A stretch of DNA of 64,000 nt from a virus (IMGVR_UViG_3300009506_000004:32001-96000); one strand, 5' to 3'; counted from the stretch's first letter, positions 7,206-16,904 are shown. The notes: generated from the letters alone by a model not told the origin. Program-made: numbers and translations.

Positions 7206-7865
7206 GAATAATTTTTCTATTCTATTAATCTTCTGTCCAGTCTTACTATTCATATCAGTCTTGACAGGCTTCTTCCAAATTGCTTCAAAGTCTGATGGTG
7301 CCTCATACTCAGAAACTAGCACAACTCCTGACAAATTTCTAGCCCAATCCCAAAATTGATCAGAATTAAATTTACCACTACTAAAATTAGTTGTGTCTTT
7401 GTATGGTGGATCACAATAAATTATATCTGCATCACCAGAATAATCTGAATAATCTTGTTGGTAAAAATCAACATCTTTAATTGATTCTGCAAGTTTTACT
7501 AGACTACTTGATGCATTATAAGCATAATTTCTTTTTGTATTATCTTTAGCATAACCACCAAAGAATTTACCACCAAAGCTACAACCAAAACCAACAAAGC
7601 CTCTTAGAACACTTGGTTCTTTATTTTTTAATTGATTGTATAATTCTTCAGAAACCTCGGTAGGGCCAACCCAATCATTTTGAACAGCCTGTAATAATAA
7701 AATAAGATCAGGGTGGATATCAGCGCCAGACCTATAAGGTAATTTGACATACCTACCAACACTATACACACCACAAAATGGCTCATGATAAGTTTTGGCT
7801 TCAATAGAATTTATAATGTTTGCAATTTGTTTGCCTATTCTATGTTTACCACCAAAATATCTCAT
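7194..7865 (-). CDS. Dam-like (D12 class) DNA adenine methyltransferase
   Basis: YFGGK, EPFCG (motif I), SFGG, YCDPPY (motif IV), VSEY. Confidence 0.9.
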   Translation of the reverse strand: MRYFGGKHRIGKQIANIINSIEAKTYHEPFCGVYSVGRYVKLPYRSGADIHPDLILLLQAVQNDWVGPTEVSEELYNQLKNKEPSVLRGFVGFGCSFGGKFFGGYAKDNTKRNYAYNASSSLVKLAESIKDVDFYQQDYSDYSGDADIIYCDPPYKDTTNFSSGKFNSDQFWDWARNLSGVVLVSEYEAPSDFEAIWKKPVKTDMNSKTGQKINRIEKLFARS

Positions 7866-7872
7866 AAATATC

Positions 7873-8103
7873 TTATTTCTGATATGTCATTCCAACAGAC
7901 GCTAAACCAGCCGATGCAACAGCTATTTGTATCAATGCTAATATTAATTCACATTCTTCCGTGTCTAATACAGCCATATGTTCACTGCTGAAAGGTCTCA
8001 ATTTCATTACAAGTTCCTCTATTCTTTCCCATGGCTGTGCATCATTAAAAATCGCAGTTAACTGATCATTAGTATGAATAAGCTGTAATAATTTAGCGTC
8101 CAT
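7873..8103 (-). CDS. hypothetical protein
   Basis: ORF track. Confidence 0.65.
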   Translation of the reverse strand: MDAKLLQLIHTNDQLTAIFNDAQPWERIEELVMKLRPFSSEHMAVLDTEECELILALIQIAVASAGLASVGMTYQK

Positions 8104-8263
8104 CTAAAATTTTCTCAATTCTTTTTCTAGATTTTATTAATTCTGATTTAACATATTCAGCATAAATAGACTTTTCACTCATATTATCATCATATATTAT
8201 AGCAGATGCCTGATCACTAAAATGACAAAAGCGAATAAATTCTTCTCTTAATTTAGCGTCCAT
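8093..8263 (-). CDS. small hypothetical protein (56 aa), not in ORF track
   Basis: Manual translation MDAKLREEFIRFCHFSDQASA...KILDGR; fills the gap. Confidence 0.6.
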   Translation of the reverse strand: MDAKLREEFIRFCHFSDQASAIIYDDNMSEKSIYAEYVKSELIKSRKRIEKILDGR

Positions 8264-8423
8264 AATAATCTTTCAAATCTTGTTTATCGCGGTGCCTTGA
8301 AGCGCGATTCATTTTCTTTTTTGAAAACCTTCCAGGTTTTTGTATATTTTTTCCCTCTCCATTAGCACGTTTACTCCAATAATCATATCCAGGGTCTTTT
8401 TCCCCACGTTTAGTATCACTCAA
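8253..8423 (-). CDS. small basic protein (56 aa, TTG start), not in ORF track
   Basis: Manual translation MSDTKRGEKDPGYDYWSKR...YYGR; GGAGG RBS; TTGA overlap. Confidence 0.6.
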   Translation of the reverse strand: MSDTKRGEKDPGYDYWSKRANGEGKNIQKPGRFSKKKMNRASRHRDKQDLKDYYGR

Positions 8424-8698
8424 TTATCTTCCTCCAATGTTTGTATCTGTGATAACAATACATCTACTTGTTTTCTTAATTCTTTCAATTTTTCTTTATG
8501 TTTATGTTCTTCCGAATCCTTACGTGCTACTGCCATTCTAGCAGTAAAAGATTTCTTATCTTTTATTGCTTCAACAGAAAACCATTTTTCGCTATTATAT
8601 AAACCATAATAATTACTTGCAACTAAATAAGAAGAAAAAGATTTAGTAAAATAATCAGGACCAATTTTATACTGAACTAAAAGTATAGGATCATTCAT
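8420..8698 (-). CDS. hypothetical protein with C-terminal coiled coil
   Basis: ORF track. Confidence 0.7.
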   Translation of the reverse strand: MNDPILLVQYKIGPDYFTKSFSSYLVASNYYGLYNSEKWFSVEAIKDKKSFTARMAVARKDSEEHKHKEKLKELRKQVDVLLSQIQTLEEDN

Positions 8699-9386
8699 TT
8701 AAATCTCCAAAAACAGTTGGCCAAAAAGTTGAAAACTTAGTTAACATATCTTTAAATAAACCTCTTATTTCCCATTGTGCATGTTTATTTAAGCCACGCT
8801 CTTGAAATACATGCCGCCACATGCGGCAATTAAATGTAGTAGCAATTTCTGTTTTACATGCATTAGGAAGATTAAATCTAGCATCTTCTGGTGGAATTTT
8901 TTCATCCAATTCTTCCAAATATTCTTCATATTCTAATGCGCGTAACCTTAACCATCTCCATTGTCTAATATTTAATTTAGATAATATCCCATCTAATGGC
9001 GGAAAATTATAATATATATTACTATTTGATTCATCTATTTCATATATACCTTCAGGAATTCCAATAGAAGGTGGACAAATTACTTGTAAACCCTTCTTAC
9101 CATAATGACAATAGCGTTGCGATTCTTGACTATATGCTGCAATTCTATGCCTCACCAACTGGTGTGAACAAGCCCTACTACATACTATTCTAACAGATAT
9201 TGAAGCATGTTCAAGTACTGATATATGATTATTTCGACAAATCATTCTTACGAATTTGTCAGCAGAGTCATTGGTGATACAATCTTCACTTTTGTAGCAA
9301 GTCCTACCACATTCCTCAATATATTTTGTTAATTCATCAGGGAATCTTATAAATTCCCAACTAGGTTTCACTACTGTAATATTCAT
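8691..9386 (-). CDS. thyX: FAD-dependent thymidylate synthase
   Basis: H.SVLEH, SRACSHQLVRHR...SQESQRY (RHRx7S), EDARF.LP, HAQWEIR. Confidence 0.95.
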   Translation of the reverse strand: MNITVVKPSWEFIRFPDELTKYIEECGRTCYKSEDCITNDSADKFVRMICRNNHISVLEHASISVRIVCSRACSHQLVRHRIAAYSQESQRYCHYGKKGLQVICPPSIGIPEGIYEIDESNSNIYYNFPPLDGILSKLNIRQWRWLRLRALEYEEYLEELDEKIPPEDARFNLPNACKTEIATTFNCRMWRHVFQERGLNKHAQWEIRGLFKDMLTKFSTFWPTVFGDLNE

Positions 9387-9546
9387 TTATCAACATTCTC
9401 TTTTCTAAATCTCTCACCATTGCCTCAAGTTCCTCTATTTTTTTACTTAAAACTCTGTTTGTCTCTAATATTTCATTTTTAAGATATTTAATAGCTAAAT
9501 CTTTTCTGTCTTGTAATTGATTAATTCTTGTTTCTGTACCGTACAT
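9361..9546 (-). CDS. hypothetical coiled-coil protein
   Basis: ORF track. Confidence 0.6.
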   Translation of the reverse strand: MYGTETRINQLQDRKDLAIKYLKNEILETNRVLSKKIEELEAMVRDLEKRMLINEYYSSET

Positions 9547-9551
9547 ATCTA

Positions 9552-9842
9552 TTACTCTAAACTTAAAAAATCACTATAAGCTGCTGAACATGCTTCACAA
9601 CCACATTGACCCTTACAATTATAAGGGCAGTTATATTCACATGTACATGGTATTTCTTCGTAATATCCATCTGTATCAGGATAATTTATCTTTCCTTTAA
9701 GAGTTGGTTTATAAGGAGACATGTCGTCGGGAAAATTAGGACTCATATTTATACTTCTTTTCTCACATGAATAAAACAACACTAAAATTAACGGCAGCAC
9801 AAAGCGCCGCAACACAAATCCCAAGAAAAAACATAACACCAA
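9552..9842 (-). CDS. Cys-rich hypothetical protein (true start probably at MSPNF)
   Basis: CTC..NC..NCKG.CGCEAC cluster. Confidence 0.6.
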   Translation of the reverse strand: MVLCFFLGFVLRRFVLPLILVLFYSCEKRSINMSPNFPDDMSPYKPTLKGKINYPDTDGYYEEIPCTCEYNCPYNCKGQCGCEACSAAYSDFLSLE

Positions 9843-9893
9843 TACTAAAAAAGAATAGCCATGTCATATCACAAAGTATCCCCCAGATTGTTT

Positions 9894-10412
9894 TCATCGG
9901 TTATCACCCGAACCTTGAATAACGCCACGATCTTTTCTTGAGAATAATTTATCAATATTCTGTTGAGCTATATCACTTAAAGATATATCCATTTCTATAG
10001 TATATTCTTTCAATGCATTAAGAATAATCTTCAACCCATATTGTATCTTTATTATTTTTTCAGGAAGAAGAATACCATTATTATCACGTAAAATTTTCTT
10101 TATTGTTTCTAAAACTTCAGCTAATCCTTTTGCTAATTCTATTATAATCCAATCAGCTTTTGGATAACCTTCAAGTTCTTCAAATGTTTCAACGCCTGCT
10201 ATCTCAGATAATTTCAAATCACAATCAGATGCGATAGCAGCAATATACCAACATATATCTCCTATTTCTTTTGAAATCTCTACAAGTGACGGATCTCCCA
10301 TTTTTGCTAAAAATTCAAATGTTTCTCCACCCAATCCAAGCGCCGGATAGATAAGGGTTTCTTTATAAACTGCTGTTTCTTTTGCTAATTTTTGGTACTC
10401 ATCAAGATTCAT
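9894..10412 (-). CDS. mazG: MazG-like nucleoside triphosphate pyrophosphohydrolase with internal duplication
   Basis: YQ..A..TA.Y, LGLGGE..E, KEIGD..WY, N..KL..R..RG...GSGDNR. Confidence 0.85.
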   Translation of the reverse strand: MNLDEYQKLAKETAVYKETLIYPALGLGGETFEFLAKMGDPSLVEISKEIGDICWYIAAIASDCDLKLSEIAGVETFEELEGYPKADWIIIELAKGLAEVLETIKKILRDNNGILLPEKIIKIQYGLKIILNALKEYTIEMDISLSDIAQQNIDKLFSRKDRGVIQGSGDNR

Positions 10413-10635
10413 CTTCTTTTCTTTCTATCGTTATATCTAATCCAAGCGCATTTAGTACACTTATAACTTCTTCAAAATCATGTATACTTGTCATAAAATC
10501 AAAATGATTTTCTATCAACCATTTAATCCAACATGTAACACAATTACTTGTTGGTTTTCGTTTAGCTTGATATCTTGAATGGTCAATACATTGAACAACA
10601 TCATCAATAACTTTAATTTTTGTTATCACAGTCAT
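10402..10635 (-). CDS. hypothetical protein
   Basis: ORF track; C..H..Y...RKP...C..CW. Confidence 0.65.
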   Translation of the reverse strand: MTVITKIKVIDDVVQCIDHSRYQAKRKPTSNCVTCWIKWLIENHFDFMTSIHDFEEVISVLNALGLDITIERKEDES

Positions 10636-10640
10636 ACCTC

Positions 10641-10874
10641 TTATGTATAATGTCCTTCAAAAACAAAATTAAGACCATAACATCCATAATCTTTTTTATC
10701 TGTAAAACCACAAAAACCAGTATGAGGAATTTGAATTGTTAATACAGCACCTTCTGGTGTTTCTATTTCAACATAATAATCGGTCTCTTTCTTTTCGACA
10801 TTAAGAATCTTCATTACAAATTCCCATAAAAACAGAAAATTTTTGTTTAGGACACTCTTGGCAAGGGTGTGCAA
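10641..10874 (-). CDS. hypothetical protein (start probably at MKILN)
   Basis: ORF track. Confidence 0.55.
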   Translation of the reverse strand: MHTLAKSVLNKNFLFLWEFVMKILNVEKKETDYYVEIETPEGAVLTIQIPHTGFCGFTDKKDYGCYGLNFVFEGHYT

Positions 10875-11067
10875 GTTTATTTAATGGGTGTTTACCAGTA
10901 GACACTGTACATTTACATTCATCACAATAATATCTAAAATAGCTACATTTTAATTCACCACAATAAAAACATTGACGCCATCTTTCCATAATGACTGATT
11001 TAGGTAATAATTGCATACCACCAATAAACCATTGGTACATAGCTTTAATGAAACGATTAATCACCAC
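10801..11067 (-). CDS. Cys-rich zinc-binding protein
   Basis: R...C..C......C..C.C...K.....CP..K pattern. Confidence 0.7.
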   Translation of the reverse strand: MVINRFIKAMYQWFIGGMQLLPKSVIMERWRQCFYCGELKCSYFRYYCDECKCTVSTGKHPLNKLAHPCQECPKQKFSVFMGICNEDS

Positions 11068-11449
11068 GTTCTGCCTGCGCTTCTGCTAACTTAGCAAGTT
11101 CATTTATAATAGTATATCTTATTTGATGCATTTCTGCTGTGAATGGCTTCCATTCTCCTCCATCCTTATATTTTTCAACACCCATCCAGCGATTACAAAA
11201 TTTAGCCAAATCCGTGTCATGGACAGCAATGTCATGGTTAACAAATGGTAAGTCAGAAATTAAATCACAATCAACCATAAACTTTTGTGGGCCACCACTA
11301 TTAGTCCATTCATCTAATAATTTAGCATTTTTTTCTTTGATGTCAAGCGCAATTTGCCTAATAAAATGATGGGCTAATAAAGTTCTAGAAGATTCTGGCA
11401 TTCTTCCTTTCATTTTCAGTATAATAGTTGATATATCACTAACTTTCAT
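11057..11449 (-). CDS. hypothetical protein
   Basis: ORF track. Confidence 0.7.
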   Translation of the reverse strand: MKVSDISTIILKMKGRMPESSRTLLAHHFIRQIALDIKEKNAKLLDEWTNSGGPQKFMVDCDLISDLPFVNHDIAVHDTDLAKFCNRWMGVEKYKDGGEWKPFTAEMHQIRYTIINELAKLAEAQAERGD

Positions 11450-11720
11450 AATTTACCCTATAAACAAAAGCCACATTTTCCATAATGGGAATATCTATAT
11501 TTTCTGTAATTATAAAACCATTTTTTATAGTTTTAACTTTTAATAGTTGTTCACCATCAAAATAAAAAATATCCCCGCCGTCAATAGCTGCTAAGCGCAA
11601 AAATTCTTTATATCTTTTAATCCCAAACCAATGCCAAATTCTACCAAACATATCCTTTATTGGAGTTGAATTAATTTCAAAAGCGAATTTTTCTAAACAA
11701 TTCATTTCTATAATCCTCAT
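11439..11720 (-). CDS. hypothetical protein
   Basis: ORF track. Confidence 0.65.
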   Translation of the reverse strand: MRIIEMNCLEKFAFEINSTPIKDMFGRIWHWFGIKRYKEFLRLAAIDGGDIFYFDGEQLLKVKTIKNGFIITENIDIPIMENVAFVYRVNYES

Positions 11721-12315
11721 AAAATCTCACATCATCATGGCCAGATCTTTTTGCCATATAATTATAGATTTCAATTTCACTTACAGGACCATAATATCCC
11801 CATAATTTGTAAATATTATCAACACCAATATCTAATGATCTACGTTGAGGGAAAAGAAAATCTAAATCTTCTTCTCTCATTCCGTGTATATGACCATATA
11901 AATGACCCCATCCCTTATGTGATCCATCCCAAAAAGCGTGTGGATAATGAGAAATAAATAATTTAATAAAATCATTGCCTTTATCATTATATGCTTTACA
12001 ACGTATTATATCAGGTATTTCTCCAAATATATTTGTATTTATCTGAGGTTTATCATGATTACCTCTAATTAATCTAATATGTCTACATTCTATTTTGGAT
12101 CTATATTTACCTGGAGTAGTCCAAGCAAAATCACCAGCTACAATTAATTCATCATCTTTATTAACTAGGTTATTTATTTGGTCTATTAAATGTTGGTCAT
12201 GCTCCTCAGTAGATGAAAATAATTTACCATCTGGGCCTACACGTGACATCATTTTAATAATGCCACCCCTTTCATTTATATGTCCAAAATGAGTATCAGC
12301 TGTAAAAAATCGCAT
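11677..12315 (-). CDS. calcineurin-like metallophosphoesterase
   Basis: DTHFGH, GDF, GNHD, HYP, GHIH. Confidence 0.9.
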   Translation of the reverse strand: MRFFTADTHFGHINERGGIIKMMSRVGPDGKLFSSTEEHDQHLIDQINNLVNKDDELIVAGDFAWTTPGKYRSKIECRHIRLIRGNHDKPQINTNIFGEIPDIIRCKAYNDKGNDFIKLFISHYPHAFWDGSHKGWGHLYGHIHGMREEDLDFLFPQRRSLDIGVDNIYKLWGYYGPVSEIEIYNYMAKRSGHDDVRFYEDYRNELFRKIRF

Positions 12316-12524
12316 TAACCTGGATCCACTCTTCCATAGCCACCAACACCACGACCACGCCTTGGATGCATAGGGGAAAGTGTATCGTGGTAAATTACTT
12401 GTGTTATTTGTTTAACTAATTTATTTTTTCCGCAAACTGGGCATTTTCGTTTTATTTCACCAACTTCTAATAAAAATTCAGATTCTCTTTCACATTCGTT
12501 ACATTTAAAAACGTAAATTGGCAT
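12315..12524 (-). CDS. FmdB-family zinc ribbon protein
   Basis: MPIY.F.C..C...CP.CG. Confidence 0.8.
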   Translation of the reverse strand: MPIYVFKCNECERESEFLLEVGEIKRKCPVCGKNKLVKQITQVIYHDTLSPMHPRRGRGVGGYGRVDPG

Positions 12525-12527
12525 CTT

Positions 12528-12800
12528 TTACTCCGCAAAAGGAATTATATTATTTCTACCAATAATAGCTAACCTATCAATAGAAGTTATAGATATAGGA
12601 TATCCATCACCTCTTAAACCTTCTACTTTAATAGCACCAGTATAAGTAAGACTTATATTTTGCACGGTTAAACGATTCATCCACATATGAGAACCACGTC
12701 TAACAGGGTAAACACAAATATCACCAACTTTGATCACTCGATCAAACATATCTTTTGCTTGTTCCATTTTAAAGTTCCTTATTACATTTCCTTGTACCAA
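12528..12800 (-). CDS. hypothetical SH3-like protein
   Basis: D.FDR.I.VGD..VY pattern. Confidence 0.65.
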   Translation of the reverse strand: MVQGNVIRNFKMEQAKDMFDRVIKVGDICVYPVRRGSHMWMNRLTVQNISLTYTGAIKVEGLRGDGYPISITSIDRLAIIGRNNIIPFAE

Positions 12801-13555
12801 ATTCCCTCTGAAACGAGGGGTATATCATTTTCTTCTGCTATTTTTGTACAATAATTTTTAGAAATATCAGTTGTTGTACATGACCAACCATTTTGAATAC
12901 ACACTCTAAATGTGGTACCAGTACCAGCAAACGGATCAAAAACAGTACCATTTTCTGGTGTGGACATCAATAAACAATCTTCAATTAATCCTTCTACTAA
13001 TTGTGTTTTATGCCATTTCCTTCTTTGTTTACTATTTCCTGTTATTCGTGCATATTCCAAAAAATCAGTATACCAAACATCACCGGGTACACGGCCTTTA
13101 GGATTCGCTCTCTTATCCCCTATCTTCATTCTCTTACTTTCACAGCGTGTTTTGTCTGGGAATCGTGTAGCGTCATTTCTCATAAGGCGGATGATTGGCC
13201 GGAAATTATTGGCAAAATCATAATTGTTATGCTCCCCAAAAGTAAACCCTTGTATCAATAAGCGCGGTTCAATTCTATACTGTGAAGCTAAACAGTATAA
13301 AATATGCCCCATTGCCATAAAATATTTAGCATTAAAGCTAATAAATGAAATTTTAGCGTGTCTAAAACAAGTCCTAACTAAATTTTCTAAAAGAGAATAA
13401 TATGTTGTATCATCTAAATGATCATCATATTCATCATATTCTAAACCAATATTATCAGGTGGATCTGCAAATATTGTATCAAATTGACTAAGTACTGGCA
13501 TCATATTATGCGTGAACTTTTGATAATTACCATGAAGTATTTTATACTTTGGCAT
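12782..13555 (-). CDS. beta-class N4/N6 DNA methyltransferase with atypical DPPD motif
   Basis: FADPPDNIG (motif IV), DVW, VFDPFAGTGTT (motif I). Confidence 0.85.
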   Translation of the reverse strand: MPKYKILHGNYQKFTHNMMPVLSQFDTIFADPPDNIGLEYDEYDDHLDDTTYYSLLENLVRTCFRHAKISFISFNAKYFMAMGHILYCLASQYRIEPRLLIQGFTFGEHNNYDFANNFRPIIRLMRNDATRFPDKTRCESKRMKIGDKRANPKGRVPGDVWYTDFLEYARITGNSKQRRKWHKTQLVEGLIEDCLLMSTPENGTVFDPFAGTGTTFRVCIQNGWSCTTTDISKNYCTKIAEENDIPLVSEGIWYKEM

Positions 13556-14759
13556 CTTCTAATTCCTTTATATTAGCCCGAGCATCTCGCATACTTTTTC
13601 TATGTTTAATTAAATATGCCTGTAATATTGCCATACTTATATTTAATTGGCTAACTTTTTCACCAAATTCACTAGCATTTTTACATCCGGGGAAAAATCT
13701 TTTATACATTTCTCTTGCTTGGTAAGCAGTAGCATTTGGTAATGCTATTTTTAAATCTATCCTACCTGGGCGAATTAGTGCTGGATCCAATTTATCTACA
13801 TGATTAGTAGTCATAAAGACTAAGCGCCCTTCTCCTGCATTTACACCATCAAGCGCATTTAATAAAGTTGATAAATTAGGGCCATTGTTTTTTTCGTCTC
13901 TATTTGCAAGTATACAATCAATATCCTCTAATAATAAAATACTTTTACCATAAATTCTTGAAAAAAGATCTGATAGCTCTTTATCACCCATACCATTAAT
14001 ATTAGCAATATAAATATCTAAATCTAATTCACTTGCTACAGCTGTAACAAGTGATGACTTTCCATTTCCAGGAGATCCACATAGTAAATATCCTCGTCTC
14101 CATGGGACACCAATTTTCTTAAACCATTGTTCAGAATTAAGAAATTCATTTATATCATTTAATAATTCTTCTTTTATACCAATTGGTAAAATTACGGAAT
14201 CTATTAATCTTTTTCTTCTCTTAGCAACTTGCTCCCAACTTCCATATTGTGGTTCTCTTATATTTATAAAAGACTCTCTTTCCTGCTCTGATACATTTTT
14301 ACATTCATCAATAAAACCCTTGACTCTTTTTCTATTTCCAATCATCCTGATTTTCCAAGATTCCCTGAAAACAGCATTTGTAAAATCTGATCCTTCTTTT
14401 CGTATTCTAGTAATAATAAGTGGTCTATACCTCCACCATAATAAATGGCTTCCAGGTGCTGGTGTAATACTAGAGCTATTTTTAGAAATAGAAATCTTTT
14501 TAGATTCTACAGTTATCCGTTTTGACTTACTTGAATACTTATGCTCAGCTAACCAATCAGTCACCCATTTAAATGCGTCAGTTTTATCTGGAATATCTAT
14601 TTCAGTTATAAATAAAAATCTAGAAATTCTAATTAATCTAAGAGGTATCCTTTTTAGATAATTAAGAACTATAGCAAGCGCACCAAGAATAGCACCACCA
14701 GCGAGTAAATCATTTTTACTAATTTGTTCTAGTACAAATTTGTAAAGTTGTTCTAGCAT
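13542..14759 (-). CDS. Bcs1-like AAA+ ATPase with N-terminal transmembrane helix
   Basis: TM helix, F.WV..WL, P.PG.H..WW (BCS1_N-like), PWRRGYLL.G.PG.GKSS, LLEDID, LLNALDG, MTTNH, LDPALIRPGRID. Confidence 0.88.
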   Translation of the reverse strand: MLEQLYKFVLEQISKNDLLAGGAILGALAIVLNYLKRIPLRLIRISRFLFITEIDIPDKTDAFKWVTDWLAEHKYSSKSKRITVESKKISISKNSSSITPAPGSHLLWWRYRPLIITRIRKEGSDFTNAVFRESWKIRMIGNRKRVKGFIDECKNVSEQERESFINIREPQYGSWEQVAKRRKRLIDSVILPIGIKEELLNDINEFLNSEQWFKKIGVPWRRGYLLCGSPGNGKSSLVTAVASELDLDIYIANINGMGDKELSDLFSRIYGKSILLLEDIDCILANRDEKNNGPNLSTLLNALDGVNAGEGRLVFMTTNHVDKLDPALIRPGRIDLKIALPNATAYQAREMYKRFFPGCKNASEFGEKVSQLNISMAILQAYLIKHRKSMRDARANIKELEDAKV

Positions 14760-14931
14760 AATTAACTATCTGACCTAAGTTAAATAAACAATCGGATAAA
14801 TAACTGGCTAAAATAAAATCTGGTGTATGTAGCACATTATCAATAGAATACTTATTAAGCAAAGCTATTAATTCCTTTACAAAATCATCACTTATTTTAT
14901 CAGTCAGCATTAGTAAACTCCACTGGTTCAC
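14719..14931 (-). CDS. hypothetical phage protein
   Basis: L.NKYS.DN...TPDFILA.YL motif. Confidence 0.7.
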   Translation of the reverse strand: MNQWSLLMLTDKISDDFVKELIALLNKYSIDNVLHTPDFILASYLSDCLFNLGQIVNYARTTLQICTRTN

Positions 14932-15175
14932 TAATTAAAGGTGGCATATAAGGACGAAGCACAAAATGAAGTTCAGGAATCAAGTCCCCTTGCTTCATTT
15001 CACTAGGAAGTACCACAAATTGAAATTGTGCATACTCCATCTCCGCACCAGTTTTTTTCATATTCTCTTCAAGTCCACGAAATATTTCAAGCAATTGTGG
15101 GCCACTAATATTACTAGACGATATCCTCATAGCAGCTAGTTTATTGATTTTCGACATATTTTTCCTTTCTTTCAA
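14900..15175 (-). CDS. hypothetical protein
   Basis: ORF track. Confidence 0.65.
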   Translation of the reverse strand: MKERKNMSKINKLAAMRISSSNISGPQLLEIFRGLEENMKKTGAEMEYAQFQFVVLPSEMKQGDLIPELHFVLRPYMPPLISEPVEFTNAD

Positions 15176-15416
15176 TTATAACATTTTTTGGAAGCCTATG
15201 CTTTCTTGAGATACCTAATTCTTTTTTAATTAGAGCACGTGCTTCACTACAAGTGACAGCAACAACAGTACCACTTTGACCATTATATTCATAATACCAC
15301 TTATTAGGTATATTATCACCAAAATAGCCAGCAGCCCTATTTGCCCTACAAATTACACGATTCAAATAATTAATTTTAGCTTCCAGTTTATTTAGTAAGC
15401 ATCCTCTTGTTTTCAT
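15141..15416 (-). CDS. hypothetical basic protein
   Basis: ORF track; SEARA.IK..LG motif. Confidence 0.65.
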   Translation of the reverse strand: MKTRGCLLNKLEAKINYLNRVICRANRAAGYFGDNIPNKWYYEYNGQSGTVVAVTCSEARALIKKELGISRKHRLPKNVIIERKEKYVENQ

Positions 15417-15901
15417 AATATTTCTTTCTGAAATATATAAGCCTCTACTATGTTACCATATCTTTCAAACTTATTTTCCTCTATTCTAACACATTTATAA
15501 CCCATTGTAACTAACCATTCAGAAATATCGTATGGATCCATTTTTCCAAAACAAGAAGTTACTGGAGTAGTAAATTGTATTAATTTAGCACCTAATTTAT
15601 ATACACTAAATTCTATTGAATTTAGAAATAATTCATCGGCTCCTATTTTCTTTCCAGCAATCTTTACAGCAAATTTGTGTATATATGCTATTTTTTCATC
15701 TTCCACATATTCTATCAAAGCAAATCCTATAGGTGTATGGTCAAGTGTTAATACCGATATTCTCCAATTTTGAAAATATTTTCCTATAGTCTGCCAATCA
15801 TTTGTTGTATAAGGAATTTCATTTGATTTTAAATCAATATCAACAAGATGATGCGCATCACCAGGTTGCATGGGTCTTATATCAATATTTAATTGTTCCA
15901 T
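15413..15901 (-). CDS. GNAT (RimI-like) acetyltransferase fold protein
   Basis: IRPM...D...LV.ID, IGF, YIHKFAV......IG, GY..V, terminal AY.F. Confidence 0.7.
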   Translation of the reverse strand: MEQLNIDIRPMQPGDAHHLVDIDLKSNEIPYTTNDWQTIGKYFQNWRISVLTLDHTPIGFALIEYVEDEKIAYIHKFAVKIAGKKIGADELFLNSIEFSVYKLGAKLIQFTTPVTSCFGKMDPYDISEWLVTMGYKCVRIEENKFERYGNIVEAYIFQKEIL

Positions 15902-15908
15902 TTACATC

Positions 15909-16904
15909 TTATCGTGCAGTATAAAACTTGGCTGGTCTTGCACAAGCTGCAAAAAAATCACCTTCTGCTGTACCATCAGATAACATAGAAAAAACAGTAG
16001 AATTTAATTCTTCACATTTTTTGTTATTTTCTTGTTCACTTAATTCTGTAAAAATATATCCACTTTTAATGGCATTCCACATTGTAATTAAGCGCTGCCT
16101 TAAACTAAATTGATATTCTTTTGAAACTTGGCTTTTATGATTTGCTATACGCAATAATGGAGGGCCAATGGGTGGTCTAGATGGTTTTGATGCTATTTGC
16201 TCTATACAAACAACCATTTTTTCAGACCCTACTTCTTCTCCCATCATCCACCCATACATAGATAATTGATCAGCCCAGTCAATACTCACATGCTCCATAT
16301 TAAATTCATTTATAGTTAATCCCATAAATTCTTTTGGTTTATATAATCCATGAGATTTATGATTTGAACGACTTGGTTTTAACCACCCCTCGCCATCCCT
16401 ACACAGTGCATATCCCTTATTTGGTGAAACAGGATTTTTACTACAATATCCATTTACTTTCCAGTCTAAAATTATATGAGCACCATTTTTATGAATAAAC
16501 CTACAATCAGGTTTACCAGATATAGGTATATCACAAATTGTTGAATAAGCTTCAAACTCAAATTTGGGATCTTCTTGTGCCCCTTCCATTAAATATAATA
16601 AATCTATATAAGCACCACAGTATTCATAATTTTCTAATATATGTTTACCTGCTTCTATAGCAAAATCCCTATTTTGTTTCTCTACTTGTGCTTCAAATAA
16701 TTTATCAAAAACATCATCTTTATTAAATAAGTCTTTTTGTAGTTTAGCTTTAACATATGCATCAAAAGCAGACCCAGCTGCTGCTGCTGGTAATTGTGGT
16801 TCTTTTTCTATTTTTGTTTCACATAAATAAGTTAAATAAAAACTCTCTTTATTTTTTTCAAATGTAGCTAAAGAACTAGGACTAATATTAGTAGGTTGTC
16901 TCAT
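15909..16904 (-). CDS. PD-(D/E)XK exonuclease (RecB/Cas4-like)
   Basis: ISPSSL..F, GSAFD, GKPD, ILDWK, QL..Y. Confidence 0.8.
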   Translation of the reverse strand: MRQPTNISPSSLATFEKNKESFYLTYLCETKIEKEPQLPAAAAGSAFDAYVKAKLQKDLFNKDDVFDKLFEAQVEKQNRDFAIEAGKHILENYEYCGAYIDLLYLMEGAQEDPKFEFEAYSTICDIPISGKPDCRFIHKNGAHIILDWKVNGYCSKNPVSPNKGYALCRDGEGWLKPSRSNHKSHGLYKPKEFMGLTINEFNMEHVSIDWADQLSMYGWMMGEEVGSEKMVVCIEQIASKPSRPPIGPPLLRIANHKSQVSKEYQFSLRQRLITMWNAIKSGYIFTELSEQENNKKCEELNSTVFSMLSDGTAEGDFFAACARPAKFYTAR

